64,000 bases of DNA, from the NCBI GenBank assembly GCA_964016885.1, contig OZ024740.1, positions 122,884,001 to 122,948,000 on the forward strand, given 5' to 3'. The notes beneath the pieces were generated by a model that was given only the letters and a program-made list of their open reading frames with translations, searched no databases and had not been told where the DNA came from. Positions 62,299 to 64,000 of this stretch are shown piece by piece (the first letter of the stretch is position 1; every line of letters starts with the position of its first letter). Made by a program: the position numbers and the translations under genes. Source of the stretch: Eledone cirrhosa (taxonomy: Eukaryota).

Positions 62299-64000
62299 GT
62301 ATTTATAGACATTCCCTGATAAATAAATATATATTGAAACTTGAATTTAAAATCATTCATGCACACCAATAGTTTCCTTTATTTTAAATTGTGTGTATGT
62401 GTATATATATGTATGTGTGTTTCTGTGTGTTTGTGTATTTATATATCTATTTATTCATATTAAAACCAAACAATATATGACACTCAAAGAAACTAAGTTG
62501 ACTATGAATTTTCTGGATAGAAAAATAAGAATAAAATGATAAGATAAAAGAAAGAACAACAAATAAACAAATTGATATAAATAAAGAAATCGTGATGAAT
62601 ATTGAACTGATATCATTAACTCTGAAAACCAATTGATTAATTTTAATAGCTGATACAAATGTCTATTCAACTGATTGAAAAATTTATTTTTGTCTCATAT
62701 CCGTATATTCCTACCAAACGAATACTGTAATCAAATTGCAAATTAAGTTGGAAATATCTTGTATCCAACATTAATATCGATATGACAAAATAAGGAAAAC
62801 AGTCTGTAAAATCACAAAGATGTATAACAGTTTGATGTACCATTCTCATTGTTTTATTTAAACACTTTATTATGATTATTCTTTTTTTTTACAAAATACC
62901 TGTAAATATTTTACTATATATGAATTATAAAACATGAAATATTGCTTACAATTTTGAATTAAATCTATATTTATTTTTATGAGAACTTTAAATAAGGAAC
63001 AGCTAGGTGAAGATGTTTGTGTATTTGTTATTTTGATTCTAACACGTGAAATGACATAAATGGCAAAGCATAGCCTGAATGATTAAATATATTTAGATTA
63101 ATAACTTTCTGTATATTTGAGTTCAAATCCTTCCAGAGGTGAGTTTGCTTATCATTTCTTGAAGGTCAAAATGTGTCACCTAGTAAGATCAGTTCAATTA
63201 TGTATATACAGATATATAAGTTGAGAAATATGTAACCCAAAAAATGGTGGTAAAATGAGGGGAGGGCAATATTTTGCCATTTTTCACCAACTTCAAAATT
63301 CTACACAAATGATGTGTATTATTAATATTTTAACTTTGGATGTGAACATTATACTGGTTTCACTTTTGACGAGAAATTCGTATTTACTACTGTTTTTCAT
63401 AAGTTTCGAATGAATATGACCTTCAAAATGAACTAAAGTTGGTAACAAATCATTATGTAATGGAGTTATGAAACATAAACTGTACTCTAAACAGCACTTA
63501 AAACATTTTAAATATCAAAACATTATAAATATATCTCCACTCATAAGAATTTCAAACCCACACCATATAAACAAAATGCATTGATTACGTGTGTCAGATT
63601 AAAATGGGGTTTGGACTCTTTTGGCCAATTTCTTATTCATAAACTAAAGGTTTGGCTTATATTTGGATCAACTTATATTCAGTACCACTTTGTTTTTACA
63701 ATCTAAGAAACCCTTATAATATTACTGTCCTTTAGCTTCACCAACTTCTAATTTATTTGTGATATAATATATCAGCTGAAATCATATAAACAAAATGACA
63801 ACGAAATTACCTAGTGTTGGCATATGTATGAAGCACATTACTTAAGTGAATACAGACAAACTTAATGTAGTGAGTTTTAATAATTCCTTTCACTAAATGA
63901 GGTCCTGAAAACATAGATTTAATCTTTAATGTTAAATATCTGGTCAAAGTCAAGGTGCAATACCTCTTTTTTAGAGAGGGTCATTGGGGCAGAGTCCTTA

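Overview
AT-rich eukaryotic (animal) genomic DNA with no host gene that I can recognise. The SINE families and microsatellite content recall an octopod cephalopod, but that is an inference from memory, not a database result. The window is almost entirely nested non-LTR retrotransposons. It holds three L1/Tx1-type LINE insertions (two full length but frameshifted, all ending in (ATT)n, both full copies also preceded by (ATT)n). It holds three copies of one RTE family, one with an uninterrupted 1037-aa APE-RT ORF that has a C4HC3 PHD-like finger inserted in the C-terminal part of the RT region. There are also R4/Dong-like and CRE-like restriction-like-endonuclease remnants, a CR1 fragment, older RTE relics, about 20 tRNA-type SINE copies and a MITE. 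Three signals lie outside the ORF track. (i) A cluster of type I hammerhead-ribozyme motifs at 48-57 kb sits in fold-back (inverted) structures within (TA)n tracts, as in Penelope-like elements. (ii) The young SINE shares an ungapped 3' terminal motif, an (ATT)n tail and ATTATT-starting target duplications with the Tx1-like LINE, which suggests a LINE/SINE pair targeting (ATT)n. (iii) Two independent RTE copies share the same amber stop codon.
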